Below are positions 11,159 through 24,600 of a DNA stretch of 64,000 nt, one piece after another (position 1 is the stretch's first letter; every line of letters starts with the position of its first letter). A program made the translations under genes and the position numbers. The DNA is from Diplonema japonicum (lineage: Eukaryota; Protista; Euglenozoa: Diplonemea). The stretch is from positions 248,001 through 312,000 of the forward strand of contig OZ025686.1 of NCBI GenBank assembly GCA_964019335.1, given 5' to 3'. The notes under the pieces were generated by a model that ran no database searches, was not told the DNA's origin, and was given only the letters and a program-made list of their open reading frames with translations.

Positions 11159-12515
11159 AGAAGAAGCAAACCTGAGGGTTTGCGCCTTTCCCGCCCTTGT
11201 CCCGCCGGGGTTGGTGCTGATGAAGGATATGCGGTCGGTGTTGTTGCTGTTTCCGCGTTTTGTGGAAGTGGTCCTTGACCTGCCACTCGTGACAGGAAGG
11301 CCAGTTGGGGATCTCAAGCGGGATCGGGTCGGTGAGGTTTCTATTGACCCTCTTCCCGTCACCATCCATGAAAAAATAACTGTCCTCCAGGCAGTTCAAT
11401 GCGGTGGGTCGGTCACTAGGATTCAACGCAAGCATATTGTCAATAAGGCTAACAGCGGCAGGGGGTATCCCCCGCTTCTGTGCATCAAGCAGCCCTTTAC
11501 GCTTCTCGCGTGTTCTGTTGACAAGGTAATCGCTTAAACACCGCTTCCGGTCCCCCCGAATAGTGCTGTACCCTTTAAGTTGAGAAACTCTGGGCCAGTT
11601 GGTCTCGTTGGGTGTACCACAGATATCCATGATGAGGTTCAACTGCTCGGTCTCATCACGGCCTCGGAAGAAGGTTTCACCAAGGTACATCTCGGCAAGT
11701 AAACACCCAGCACTCCAAATATCGATCGAGTAATTATAAGCACCTCCCAGGAGCAGTTCAGGCGGTCTATACCACATTGTTACCACGTTGGGTGTGACAC
11801 GGTCACCTGGCGAAATTTCTCTGGAAAGCCCGAAATCGCATATTTTCGCGATTCCCCGATTGCTTATTAAGACATTTGAGGCTTTGAGGTCACGGTGTAC
11901 AATTCCTGGTAAATGCAATGCGTACAGTCCTTTGAGGATCTGGTAGAAGAGGGTTAGGATGTGCCTTGCTGGGAGGCGGAACCCGCTCATTAAAATCCCC
12001 GCGAGGTCGTATTCTAGGTATTCAAAGGCAAGAACCGCCACGATGCTTTTCTTGTTGTCCGCACCCGCTTCTTCCGCGAGAACAATGTCGGTGAGGGACG
12101 CTAGATTTTCGTGTTTTTTCACGTTGGAAGCGATTTGAATTTCTCGAACAGATGTTAATGGAAAGCCTTCCTGAACGTGGTCGATTTTCATTTTTTTCAG
12201 GGCGTAGAGCTTTTCGTTTGTCTTATGTTTCGCTAGGTAAACGCTGCCGTAGGCTCCCTCACCGACTTTGTTCAGTTCTTGATATGTGTCTTTGTAATTT
12301 TTTATGTATTCCAAAGACAGCGGGGGGAAGCTGAAATCCAACACGGGTGCATGAGATCGAACTGGTTCTGGTGATTTTACCGTCTTCACCGGAACCACAG
12401 TCGAAGCCCTTTCCTCTTCCTCTTCGGCATTGCCCAGCAATGTGCTCACTCCTCCTTCTGCTAATGTGCTCAGCGCCATACTTCCAACACTGCTGTTGCT
12501 GCATTCTTCTTGCAT
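10666..12515 (-). CDS. Cyclin-dependent kinase, CDK9/11/12 (CRK12-like) class, 552 aa
   Basis: GEGAYG, EGFPLTSVRE, HRDLKASN, DFG, VVTMWYRPPE. Introns 11085-11171, 10956-11018 and 10817-10857 give an in-frame GKG-rich tail with RRKRPR (NLS-like), ending at TAA 10666. Confidence 0.88.
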
Positions 12516-12864
12516 GTCTTGCTGTACCCCTTTTTTTGTAGTGATTGACAATTATGGAAGGATGAAAAAAAAATGAAAAGGTTGTAATCAACAAGCACCG
12601 ATAATTCGAAGGGGGGGGGGGGGGGGTGGAGGGGAGATGTTTTTTCTTTTTTTTTCGTGGAAATGAAGGTCGGGTGGGGGGGGGGGGGGGGGGTTGTTAA
12701 TAGGTTTTTTTTTCCTTTTTTTTCATCCTGAATGAGAAATGTTTCCGGGGCTTTTTTTGGGGGGGGTTTCCTTCTTTTTTTTTTCTAAACAAGGGGAAAT
12801 AAAAAAAGAAGTTTGGATCGGATCCTTTTTTTTTTTTTTCCTTTTTCTTCTTTTTTCTTACTAC

Positions 12865-12895
<31 letters not shown>

Positions 12896-15253
12896 AAAAA
12901 TATTTTCTATTCATCCCAGCTACTCACTAAGCGACACGGCAGAGCAGGAAAAAAAAAGAATTTTTTTCCCCGCTGCTTAATAAAAAGGGGGGGGGGTGCA
13001 GTAAAAAAACAAGAAAGCTAATCATCTTCAAGCACGAGTGACTAAGGGATGTAAGGGGGAGAGGGATAAGAAAATATCGGAAAAAAAAAAAAAAAAAAAA
13101 AAAAAAAGGTGGAAACAGGGTCGCGCTCTATTCAACTGTTACCAGGTACTTAAAAAAGCCCCCATTGACTGACCATTGAGGACATGTGTTTCCACAAGGC
13201 GTGGGGGGAGGGGGAAACCGAAAGGGGTGTTTACTTTTTTTTTTTTTGTTGCAGACTTTGATTTCTGGGAGTGGCTGATGTGATGTCACAGTGAAAGGTC
13301 TACCAAGGTTAATGGTTGAAATTAAAAATAAAAAAAAAAAGGAAAACCCTTTAGAGTATATTTCTCACTTTTTTTTCGCACAATGAAAGTAAAAGGGGAG
13401 GGGGGGGGGGGGGGGGAGAGAAATCTTTATATATGAGTTAAAGGAAGTCTTTGTGAGACGCCCCCTTGTTCTCATCTTCTACCTGCACCTATCCCCTTTC
13501 AGCAGCGGTTGGAATCTTTTGTGTAAGCACTTTACCTCCCCCTGGAGGTCTGGTGCATGGGGTAAAATACTACTTATTATTTTACCAATGACCCAATACT
13601 TGTGTGTCTAACTATAGATCACTCGGTAGTAAATAAGACCTTTTTTTTTGATCCTCCCTTTTGTCATATCTTTTTTTTTTAGTGCAGTACTTTTTTTCTT
13701 TTCTTTTTTTTGAAGCCCCCTCGTGAAGAGAATGACGTAGGAATGGGTAAAAGAAATAAAAAATAAATAAAATAAAAAAAAGAGAGCACAAACAAAAAAA
13801 AATATCCACTCCTCCTCCATTCAAAGAGTTTTTAGCAGCTTTGCTAAAATGGAGGAGGGAAGGGGGGGGGGGGGGGGGAGGGGGGATCACGAAAAACTTT
13901 AAACTTTATTCTTCTTTCAAAGTTAGGCTCTACTTCTCTTCACTCCCTCCCCCCCCCCCCCACCCCGCCTTTTTTTAGAAAAAAAAGAAGAAAAAGAACA
14001 AAACCTTAAACGGAACAATTAAAAGAAAACTCTGGAAGTGGAGAGGGAGAAGTGGAAATAAAACCCTAAATGAGGGTACGGTACCGGAGAGGGGGAGGGT
14101 GGGTTTTGCATTGTAACAAGTACTCTCAGTTTCTTGCAAAGAACAACAATTTTTTTTCTTCTTCTTCTTTTTTTTTTTTTGGAATGTAATATTTGTCAAT
14201 TCTCATCTATATTTGTCACTTTCAAAAAAGAAATGTTTTCAGTTGTACTTTTTGTGACGAAATAACAGAAAATTGACCATATTTATATTGAGTAGTAAAT
14301 GCCTCCCAGCATTGTTTCTTTTCATTTTTTAAAAAAAAAAAATTTTTTTAGATGTGCCTGTGTGGCATACCCAATCTTTAACCATCTAACAACTAGGAGC
14401 TTGGGTCAAAAAAAAAAATTAAATAGCCTAGGACTATCTTGGTCAAATAAAGTCCGTTTGGCACACGGTTTAAAAAAAAAAGTTATAGCTTGACAGAATA
14501 TTTGTTGACTAGATGTAAGTATTCCTGTACCCTCTGCCGTTTTTTTTTTTCTCCTCTCTTTTTTTTTGCGGGGAAGATAAAACCAAGTGACAGATAACCC
14601 TCAAAGGTTGAATCTGCGGGGGGGGTGGAGTGGGGGGAGAAGCAAAACAGTTCTTCTTTCCCCCCTCCCTCTTTTTTTTTTCCTCCTTTTTTTTTCCCCC
14701 TTCCTCTCCACGTTTTTTTTTTTTTTTTTTTTTTTTTTTTCCGTGGTGAATTTTTTTTACACTTGAAAAAAGAATCACTATGATGTGGGAGAAGTGTATT
14801 TTCTTTTCCCGCACCCCCCCCCCCCCCCCTCCCTGGAATGATAATTCCCAGTTCTCAAGACTATAGCTCATAATCCCTACTGTGGTATGAGAGCTTCCAC
14901 ACATTTTCAACGTGCCCTATGCAAACCACTTTTGCTAGAGATATGAAGCATGAACACGAAAAAAGAAAAAAAAAAAACTCGATAAATTTTTCAGTGTGCA
15001 TGGGGGGTGCTCACTGTTCAGGAAGAAATCGTCGGGGTCGTCTGGCCTTTCAGATCGTGCTGAGCATTTCCGTGAGCAGGCCTATGAGTGACCGGCGGGT
15101 GTCTGTGTGAGTTCCTTTTGTCGTGACGGAAGTTTTCTTCTTACCATCGTACCACCGTAGGCATCTAAGCCACTTGAGACGTTGTTCCCTGAAGAAAGAA
15201 AAAAGTTAGAAAAAAAAAAATAATGTTGGTACAGGCCGGAAGTAAAACTGGGG

Positions 15254-15291
<38 letters not shown>

Positions 15292-15578
15292 CCATCGATG
15301 CGAAGAGTAGGCCCAACTACTATTTCTTTTCTCAATGCGAGGAATATGCATACACCCCTTCTCGTATCCTGAGCGAATCGCTTTAAAAAAAAAAAAAAAA
15401 AACCTTTTTTTTTTCTTTTGTTAGCTTTGTGCACACTAGCACTTTTTTTTAGCAACCTGACAAAAATAAACCCCCTCCCCTTACCCTGTTATATCCCTGT
15501 TGTTAATTTCCTTTTTTTTTCGTTAAGGTGTCATCTCCCCTTCCCCCCCCCCCCCCCCCCCAACACCCCCCCCTTTTT

Positions 15579-16473
15579 TTAGAATCCGTTCTGAGGTTGC
15601 CGGCTTGATAAGTATGCCTCAAGTACTTCATAAATTGAGCTGGAAAAAAAAAGATTTTTTTTTCTTTCCCTATTTATCTTTTTTATCATACTTGGTAGAT
15701 GCAAGTTCTTCAAGAAGCGGGAAAAAATCCTTCAACTCGGTGTCGCTCTGATCATCAAACCACGATGTACATGGGAGCGCGTTGTGGGGCTGCAGATATA
15801 TATATATATATTTTTTCTTTTCCTTTCCCACCCCCCCCCCCCCCTAAAAAAATACCTGAAACAAATAAGCTACAGGGCTGTTATCTATTATGACAGTTTT
15901 TTCCAAAGGACGTCCTATAAGTGACAGGTCCTTGACATAAGCCCCGTTGGTGTGAGAACAGTGTTCCCTGAACAGTCGGTGCTCGCCCATTAACCTCCTC
16001 CCAGGGTCCAGCAGGTCGAGAAGCGGGTCCGCATACTTACTCAACGAAGCTGTGAAAATGGCGACCTCGAACATATTCTGAATCTTGGCCATGAATTCGT
16101 CAAGGTAAGGCCGTTTCTTTACGTAAACATGGTAAATAGTCCCATCTATCTCTATGGGGAGAACTGCATTTGCGTTTGGAACCGGTTTGAATGATGAGTG
16201 TACAAGCGTTTCGTCAAGATCCAGAACCAAGAGGTTCTTACTTCTCATCTCAGGCGCGGCAATGGGTAGCAGGTGGTGGTGTTTGGTCGCGTCAACTGGA
16301 CTTAAGTTGTATCCGGCCGCCTTGCTGGCCACGGGTTTCACCTGCCCCACCGTGTCCCGGCTGGCTTGCGTCAGAAGCGACGAAACCGGTGCCTTGTCGT
16401 CGTCCTTCTGCTCCCGATTTTCTTTAAACCGTTTGAAAAACCCCTTCACATTCGCCTTCTTGGTGTCCGACAT
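15579..16473 (-). CDS. SCP/CTDSP-like (NIF/FCP1 family) HAD phosphatase
   Basis: LVLDLDETLVHS, KRPYLDEF, LFREHC, YVKDLS, IIDNSP. Introns 15790-15855 and 15640-15691 restore PHNALPCTSWFDDQSDTEL and the C-terminus. Confidence 0.9.
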
Positions 16474-16633
16474 TCTGCTTTTTTTTTTTCTTCTTTTTTT
16501 TTTTTTTACCCTTCTTTTCTCCCCCCCTCCCTTTTTTTTTGATGAACATTTTTTTTTTTCCTCCCCCAAAAAATTTTCTTAAAAAAAATAAAAATAAAAA
16601 ACACAAGCTCTCATTCCTATCCATAATACAAAT

Positions 16634-16673
<40 letters not shown>

Positions 16674-16674
16674 A

Positions 16675-17659
16675 AAGGCCCCCCCCGAATAATCCCTTTA
16701 TTTGGGCAGTGGAGGGGGGGTGTTAGGGCTCCAAAAAAAAAAGAATTATTTGGAATACACTTATTTGGGTTGTACTTATTTGGGCTGGGTCGCCTGCCAC
16801 ATGGAAAGCAGGGAGCGGGGCTTAGAGCACTTCGGAAATCTTAACATGCCAAATCGTGCCATGATTTTTTTCATGCCCTTTTTTTTTCCAAGGGAAATTT
16901 TAAAACAGTTTTTCTCCCAGGCTGTGGAGAACCCACAAACGTTGCAGACAGACCAGGCGCTACTTTTCCTTTTCAATCGATTGTTATATTTGTACTTATA
17001 AAATATAGCGTGCACGATGGCACTGATCAAGCGACTGGCACCTTCCGAAGAAGGGCCTCCCACGTCCGCCGGGTTGAGCAGAGGATGCCCCGGGGCGGCC
17101 GTTCCAGTCTGATCATGTCGCACTATAATATATTTCTCATCTTCTAGAAGAAAATGGGGTTTTTGCCCTCGTAGCTCGCCGGGCCAGCACTCTTACTTGC
17201 GTAAGCAGCCTCACAATACTGCCAGTGGGCTACGGCACAGCTTTGGGATCTTGCTCAATCTGGCGTTAAGAAAAATAGTCCCCCACAATAACCCCCAGGT
17301 GCTAACCCCCGTGGTCCCTGTTCAAAATGCAAAAGAATTGCTCGTAAGTGCCCAAAAAGTGCCCAAAACCAGGCGGAAATCGAGTTTTTGGTCAAAAAAG
17401 GGTGTATACACGGGTTAGGTCGGCTAGTACCCTAAAGGGGTGTATACACGGGTTAAGGCGGCTAGTACCCTGCACAGGCGTGACTGACGGCCCGTTGCAC
17501 GACTTACCATGTGACCCCCTCACCCCCCGGTCCCCCCAAAAAAAAAGAAAGGGGTCGGGAATTATTTGGGAAATTTGGAGCGGAAAAATCCCCAAAAAAA
17601 AAAAAGAATTATTTGGGAAAAAACACATTATTTGGGAGGGAATTATTCGCCCCCCCCTT
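16675..17659. mobile_element. Putative non-autonomous TIR element (MITE-like) with TA target-site duplication
   Basis: TA at 16673-74 and 17660-61. Imperfect inverted ends AAGG...CGAATAAT(T)CCC. TTATTTGG occurs 4x near the left end and 3x near the right end. Composition differs from the spacers. Confidence 0.5.
17397..17471. repeat. Tandem duplication, 2 x ~37 bp
   Basis: AAAG(G)GGTGTATACACGGGTTA(GGT/AGG)CGGCTAGTACCCT twice; each copy contains the palindrome GTGTATACAC. Confidence 0.9.
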
Positions 17660-18444
17660 TACAAGTGTTTCGAGCGTTGTGTAGGGTCAAGCCGTCTGCC
17701 CTGCAAACCAGGTCTGCTGGGTAAGGGTTTCAGAGTGGTGATGAGGGTTCGCAGTTGGGAGGTGTCTGCAGCTTGCGTGCTTTGCATGGTGGAGAGGTGC
17801 CGTGTCCGTTCTTGAATAGAGTGCAAGGAGGCTATCCGGACACGGGCTTCTTGATGAAGTGTGATGACAGACTCACGCAGAGCACGAACTTCTGAAAAGA
17901 TGTTGCACCCAATGCGTGCGGCCACACGGTGCACAATGTCGTCTTCAGAGTACACAGGGGGGCTGTCTGCTATCTCCTTCACGTCTCCCTTGCAGTCCAC
18001 CATCAGCGATGTATTACGCCCCACCTCTTTGATCACCTCGCTGGCTATCATCAGCAAGTCTTCGTTCAGGCCTCGGTGCCTGTGCGCCATCTTTTCTAAG
18101 GTTTCGTTTGCCATTTTTATACAGTCCTCCGGTCCTTCCCGTAACACCATTCCTTCGATAGACCTGGTGCTTTGTGGTCTTGACCTCAACGGGCTCATCG
18201 CCCGTAGGTCGTGTTCCCTCTCCACTTCGTTCAGTCTTCGTTCCGCGATGCCCGCTACCTCTTTCGCTGTCATATCCACGCTGACCCCTGTTCTGTACAC
18301 TTCAGGTGCTCCTGATATGAACCGCTGGCTCACCTTCAGTCCAGGGGCAGGGCTTGTTGATCGAGCCTTCCCTTCGGTGGGGCACCATGTCTTCAGCAGC
18401 TCTTCGCCTTTTGCTAAGACGTCGCTGAGGCTTCGCCCGCTCAT
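17659..18444 (-). CDS. Hypothetical protein with coiled-coil segments
   Basis: 261-aa homopolymer-free ORF with ATG after an A-rich leader; no recognisable domain. Confidence 0.7.
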   Translation of the reverse strand: MSGRSLSDVLAKGEELLKTWCPTEGKARSTSPAPGLKVSQRFISGAPEVYRTGVSVDMTAKEVAGIAERRLNEVEREHDLRAMSPLRSRPQSTRSIEGMVLREGPEDCIKMANETLEKMAHRHRGLNEDLLMIASEVIKEVGRNTSLMVDCKGDVKEIADSPPVYSEDDIVHRVAARIGCNIFSEVRALRESVITLHQEARVRIASLHSIQERTRHLSTMQSTQAADTSQLRTLITTLKPLPSRPGLQGRRLDPTQRSKHL

Positions 18445-18641
18445 TTTGCTGTCTTTTCCCCCAACTTTTTTTTTTTTTTTTTTTTTTTTTTTGGGGTGCT
18501 AAAGTAAGAAATAAACACGACTTTAAAACAAGCGTCAGGAAATAATTTTTTAAAAATTGAAACAGAATCTAAAAAAAAAAAAAAAAAAGGCCGCGGAAGC
18601 TGAGCAAAGAAAAGAAAAAGGGGGGGTTAAAGAGAAAGTTG

Positions 18642-21600
18642 TTACGGCAACGGTTCGAGAACGGCAGCTGCAGATGCCAGGGAAAGAGTGTCCGGGTTGG
18701 CCTTGGCGGGAAGTGGAAGGGTGATGACCGGGTGAAGGCGGTTGGAAGTACGGTACAAAGGACAGACCCAGACTTTAGAGCTGTGACTGGTGGCTACACG
18801 AAGCGTAACGACAGGGAAAAGGGGCTGGGGGTCCGTGAGGAGAGGCTGCTCAATGGCAAGACTAGTAGCGTTCCACCTACACAGGAGAAGCCTGATCCCC
18901 CACACGTGCAGCCCACTTCTCGCAGGCGTGTCAAAGCGTTCCGTAGGCTTCTTCGCCACCTCAGCAGTGAAGACAGCATTCTCCAAAGTAAGCATATTTG
19001 AGGTGTCCCCCTTCACAGCCTCTAGCGTGATGTACGTAAGGAAAGACTTCGGACGGAGCAGCAGGTGAAGCATCACTACTGCAGGGTTCATGGGGTTCTC
19101 GGCCCATTCCCTGATGTACGCCTCGCGTTTCAGGTATAAAGCAAACCAGCTCCCGAGCGGAAGGTTGCTTGGGAAGCCCATCCAAGACCACCTCTCAGGT
19201 ACTGTCATCGTGTCTAGCATGTCAACAGACGATGCGGTCAGGTCGCTGCGGAGTATTGACGTTAGCTGTGTGACCATCTTAGCTTCGTAGTGCCATGCTT
19301 GGAACGTCAAAGGCGACATGTCGGTGGAGCGGACCTTATCGGGTATTGTTGACAAGTCGATGTCAGGCGGAACCTGCGACAGCAGGACGCTCTGCTCCAA
19401 CGGTAGAACCCCGTTGCCTCCGCAGCCTTCTGTCGTGGATAGTCTCACCAAGGCCGAGCAAAGGCTGACCGCCTTGTCCTGCTGCTGAAGCATCCCTGCT
19501 GCTAACGACAACCCGGCCAAACCGATGTCATCTGCAAAACCCCACTCCACGCTGTCGATGCAGTGTGCGACGTCTTGCGTCGAGGAGCTGCCTGTGATGA
19601 GCACCCCGTTGAAGTCGGTTCGCTGCATGTTATCCTTCTTCAGAATGTCCCGTCCGAGCAATGTCAAGATCTTTGCGTCCTCCGTGCAGCTCACATGCGC
19701 GCCGTACACCAAGTCCACTATCGAGTGCTGTATGTCGCTCCACTTCAGCTCGTCGCCAGTGGAGAGCCACATCTCGATGAGACCCTGGACGGCTTTAAGA
19801 TCGCCATTCCCAAAGCTGTACGGAGAGTTGACGAAGCCATTCGAGCCGTAGGTGTTCCTCTGCAAGCAGATGGAATGGAGATACGTTGCGAGGAAGAGAA
19901 GCAGCTTGAATTCAGAATGACGCTGTACTGTGGTGGGGATTGCGGACGTATGTTGCCAGGAGTGTTGAAGGATGGTCTTGATGGTGCATGACGTGTCTGT
20001 TGTCACCTTTCGTGAGTGCCTGCGGATGGAGACTGGTATGTCGCCCGCCCTGTTCCCATCGGCGGACATTACCAACATGAACCTTGTGTGCAATGTTGAG
20101 GACAGTATCGATGCTAGTCTTGACCTGTGGTGCTTGAACAGGTGCACGCCTTCTGTCACGCACCATCCTCCCCTCTTAGCGGACTTCTCGAGGATATCCA
20201 TCGCCTCGTCCTCGTGCAGGTCGATGTTCAGCAAGTTCCCTGTTGAAATCTTTGAATGTGCACTGTACACTGCGTTGTAGATGTCATGCCCACCAGACGT
20301 CCATACCAGGAGGCTCTGCGCCCCGCCGTCTTGCACGATCTTCGGTACATCAGGGGGAGCTGGTGTCACGTACGCCTTCCCGATGTTTGCCTCGATGAAC
20401 AACTCCATCGCCCTCGGCAGTCTGTCCGGCCGCAAGCATTTTACAATAAGAAGTTTTGAAAACTGGTCCAACGCCTGCCATTCTCCAGGGATTGAGTCTT
20501 CTTCAGGCGTCATGTGATGGTACCATTGGTACCACCTTGCATGCGTGGCCAAGTCCATCGTGAGGCCCTTGAAACTTTGCAGGCGGTCCTCCAGAACCAA
20601 GCAAGTGGTCCATTTGTCTTCCGGGAGCCACGGGAGGGGGTTGTGGACCGTCTTCTTGCAGCACCCGGGGCCGTTGAACAACACGTCGCAGAGATCAGGC
20701 TGCACGACACGCGGTTGTTCTTCTCGAAGAACCGCAAGGCACAGCGACGTGGCTAGGGTGAGGCAGTCATGCTGTCTTAAGGCAGCGGCTAAGTGTTGGA
20801 AGACCTCCTCAACAGCCACCGCGGACAGCTCGTTGGCAAGCATGGCGATCATGTCGTCAGCCATGCCCTTGGAGTATGCCTCGAAGGCGTCGCATTCTTC
20901 TTCTTGACGTTTCACTGCATCCGACAAGGCACTCTTGAACACCTTGATGAACGAGGTCAGTGAGAATGCATACATAGGATTCAGTTTCTCTAGCATCTGC
21001 ACCTGCAAAAACAGCAAAGCACCGCGCTTTGTCGCTGGCCTGTATCTGTCTCTTGTGGCAGCAAGGTCTTTTTGAGCTTCTTGTGACTGTTTCAGCGCTG
21101 ACTCCATACGCGACGTGTTCAGTTTCATCGTTTTTAATGCAGACACCAACTCCGGGTTGTCCAGTAGCTCTCCCTCTGCTGTGCTCAGCGTGAGCAGCAG
21201 TATTCCGTCCGCCTCCTGCATGTCTATTGTTCTCTGGTTTGCTTCCCTTACAAGCGCCACTCTCTTCTTCTCCAGCTCGGGCGAAGCGATGTCAACCACA
21301 GCACCCAGCAGCATCTCCTCAAGACCCTCCTTCGCAACCTCGAAGTTCGCAATCGAGAACAGTGACACCACCTTATCGGGGAGCGAGTCGCCCAGCAACT
21401 GCGTCGAGCAGTACAGCTTGAAGTTCTTTCCCAACACGTACCTTGTTCCGTCGATCACGACAGTGCGCGAGATGATGTTCTCAAGCACCTCGACGAGCAC
21501 AGGGTGCAAGGTGGGGGACAGGTGTTTGATGAGCAGCTGCTTGTCATCCTTTATACAGGACACTATGCACTTAGTTAGTTGCGACGGCTCGCACCAGTTA

Positions 21601-24600
21601 CTGATGACAACAGGCGCGTACTGCTTAATGAGCCACTTGGTGCCTTGGTTGTGGGGATCGACAAGTAGAGGCACACGGATGCTGGATGCAACAACAGACG
21701 CCGACTCATGCGCACAGACATGGGCGGGGAGGCCGTTGTTCTCCCACAGGGCGATTTCCGCAGCAGACACAAGCGGGAACTTGGATGAATACGTGAGGTT
21801 TCTCCCCTCCAGTTGCGTGGGCCATCGCAAGCGAAGGAGGTTCCTACGCTCCGTGTCGTTTAGCGCACCTCCGTGTGAGATGAGTGCTGCAGCTAGTGCT
21901 ACGTCACCTATACCGCCTTCAGATTGTTTAGTGGCAGAGGTTGCCCACTCGCCGTCGCTTCCTAGTGACTGCATCAAAGCGCTTGCCCTGGAAAGCTTTG
22001 ACTCTGTTATGCCAACACCTTTGTTCATCTTCTCGCAGAGCTCAGTGCTAGCCCGCACTTCATTCGACGACTCGTCTAACGCTTCTATTAACTGCTTTGA
22101 CTTCTCCATGGTTTTCAGAACCACGGCACGCGAGCTATCGCTCGCCATCTTAAGCTCTTTCATCTTCTCCTCCTTGGGTCTAATCATGCCGCGTGTCTCG
22201 TGGTACGACAGCATGTTGAGCAGCCACGTGCACAAGTGCCCGGCAGCTAGGTTCTTCGTGCTAACATGGTTGGGCGCAAAGTGCGATTTGTTGTCGCGAA
22301 CGAGCTTCTGGACGTACTCCGCCTGCGCCTGCGGGATGTTGTTGCAGTCCATATTCATAAGGCTCTGTACCCAAGGAACGGGCGAGCTCATCATTTTCTT
22401 GCACGTGTTCCAAGACTTGTCCTTCGGTATCCTCCCCTCGCTGGTGAGGACCAGTACGGCAGAGCACACGTTCACGACTTCGATAGACGGCTTGATCATT
22501 GTCTTCAGGTCGTTGATGAGTGATTTGTCCAGCGCTTTGAGGGCCATGTAGGCAGAGTCGACAGTGGGCTTGAGGGCTGCAAGGTCCTGCGCCACTTCAC
22601 GCGAGAGGTTGTTGCATTCAGATGAGACGCGATCCACTGCACGCTGCTGCATGTTCTGCAGCACGTTGCACTCGTGGTGCTGCCTAGTGATCTTCTCGAG
22701 GTTCTCGACGAGCTTCTCTGTATGCCGGGTCTGCGCCTTCACGGCGCTGTTCTCCTCCTGCAACCTTGCCTCTAAAACAACAGCCTGGCCTGCCGTTGCT
22801 TGCAGCTTTGCGATCCCCTCGTGCACAGCCCGCTTCCTTTGCGAATTCTTCGTTTTTGTGTCTTCCGCGAACTTAATGATCAGCAGCAAGATGTCGAGGA
22901 ATGACTGCGTAGTTGAGAACGCCTCTCTGATGTCCTTCATGTCTTGGTGCACAGTGCTGGCGAACTCCGCGAGCTGGCGTACCTCTTTTGCAGTCCCGAG
23001 GATGTGCTGCTTAGCAATGAGGATGTTAAAGGCCATCTCGGATTTGGTGGCGGCCCCAACAGGCTGCAGGTGGCACTGCCACGCACTCCCAAACAACGAC
23101 GGGAAACTCTTTGCAACAGATGGTATCTTGGAAGTGGACACTGTACTCGTAATGACAATGCGCACATCCGGAACTGCGAGGAGGTTGTGGATGAATTCCC
23201 AGGAGCACACGTTTGTCTCCTTCATGATGACACATGCACCGCTATAGCGGTCAGGTGACACATCGGGTGAGAACCGCATTATTCGAAGGTTGCAGAGACG
23301 CGCTGCAATGGTGGCCATGGTGTGCTTCCCCATGCCGTGTTTGGATCCTGTCAGCAGTGTGACGGCGTGCGGGGCATCTAAGATATTCGCAATACGCATG
23401 ATAGACACCACCACGTCGTCTACTAGCAGCGGGCCGTTCTTTTCGTCTTTTTTTTGAATGATGGCAGTCACAGCACTCACGGACTCGATGCGGTACTTTG
23501 GTGCCCCAGGCGACCATGTGTTTCCTATAAACGGCCCCCACTCACATTTATTCTCTGGAAGGATGTCGAATACGGAAATCAACGCCCCGTCAATGATAGA
23601 CTTCATCCTGGTGATGTCCGCCGTGCACATCAGCGAGTCGGTCAGCACGTGGATCGCCTCGTGCCGCCAGAACTCCAGCAGCGTCATCCCGTTGCTGATG
23701 ACGTGTTTTGTGCTTGTCATCCTGTCACCCAGCATCGACAGGGCGTTTGACTGGCTCATGTTGGTGAAGTATTCCTCGGGAACCAGCAACTCTGCTAGTT
23801 TCAAGGACACGCCCTCAAGCATCTCCGCGGTGATGGCCACCTCTGGGGAGTAGGTTTCTTCGTTGAAGTGCCACGATATCCTTTTTGCCAGCAGCAGCCA
23901 CAGTGGCTTCCCGCCGTGTAGCGCGATGGTCGTCATCTTCCTTGCGAGTCGTGGACAGCTCTGCACCTTCTGGCTCGTGCATGAGAAAGACATCCCGAAG
24001 TCGTTGTTGAGCGACTTGCGCAGTGTCTCCTTTGCAATGGGCGCGAGCGTGTGCATGTCATCGATGAAGATGATCAGCGGGGATGTGAATGAGTGTGCCG
24101 AGGTCCATTTTGCAGGGTTCATGAGCGGGTTGCCGAGTAGCACGGTGCCGGAGCGGCATGCCGCCAGATGCCGCAGCACCACTGTCTTCCCGCTTCCCTG
24201 CGGACCTGTAAACACAACACTCCTGTTCCGTGACTGCAGCAGGTTAGCGTAGCAGATAGCCGAGCACTGCTGCTGCGTCAGCATGGCATCCTCCATTCCC
24301 GGCACGGGGCAGTGCTTAGGAACTGCTTCCAACGGAAACCACGTGGAGTCAGTCAAAGAAGACAGCGGGAAGTCCTTCTTCCACCATGCCATGAGGTTCA
24401 TGGCATCCTGCTCGGAGAGGATGGCACCCAACGACCACAAGCAAGCATACGCAAAAGCCTGTTCCACCGCTTTGGGGCTGTCGTTGTGCTTGATCTTGTT
24501 CAGGAGTGCCTCGATGGTCACCTGCACGGTGCCAAGCACGTTGAGCTCGGAAGCGTTTTTGCAGTGCTTCCGCAGCCACATCAAAATAGCAGGCAGGTGT

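Noticed and set aside
14180-14520. Possible degenerate MITE (TTGAC/GTCAA motifs, AT-rich)
   Set aside because: No convincing TIR pair or TSD.
15050-15400. Exon-like minus-strand segment (EQRLKWLRCLR...) after TTTCTTCAG
   Set aside because: Could not be linked to a start codon or a recognisable domain.
17410-17460. Telomere-like GGGTTA(G) motifs or CRISPR-like repeats
   Set aside because: Only isolated hexamers inside a two-copy tandem repeat with no spacers; eukaryotic context and no cas genes.
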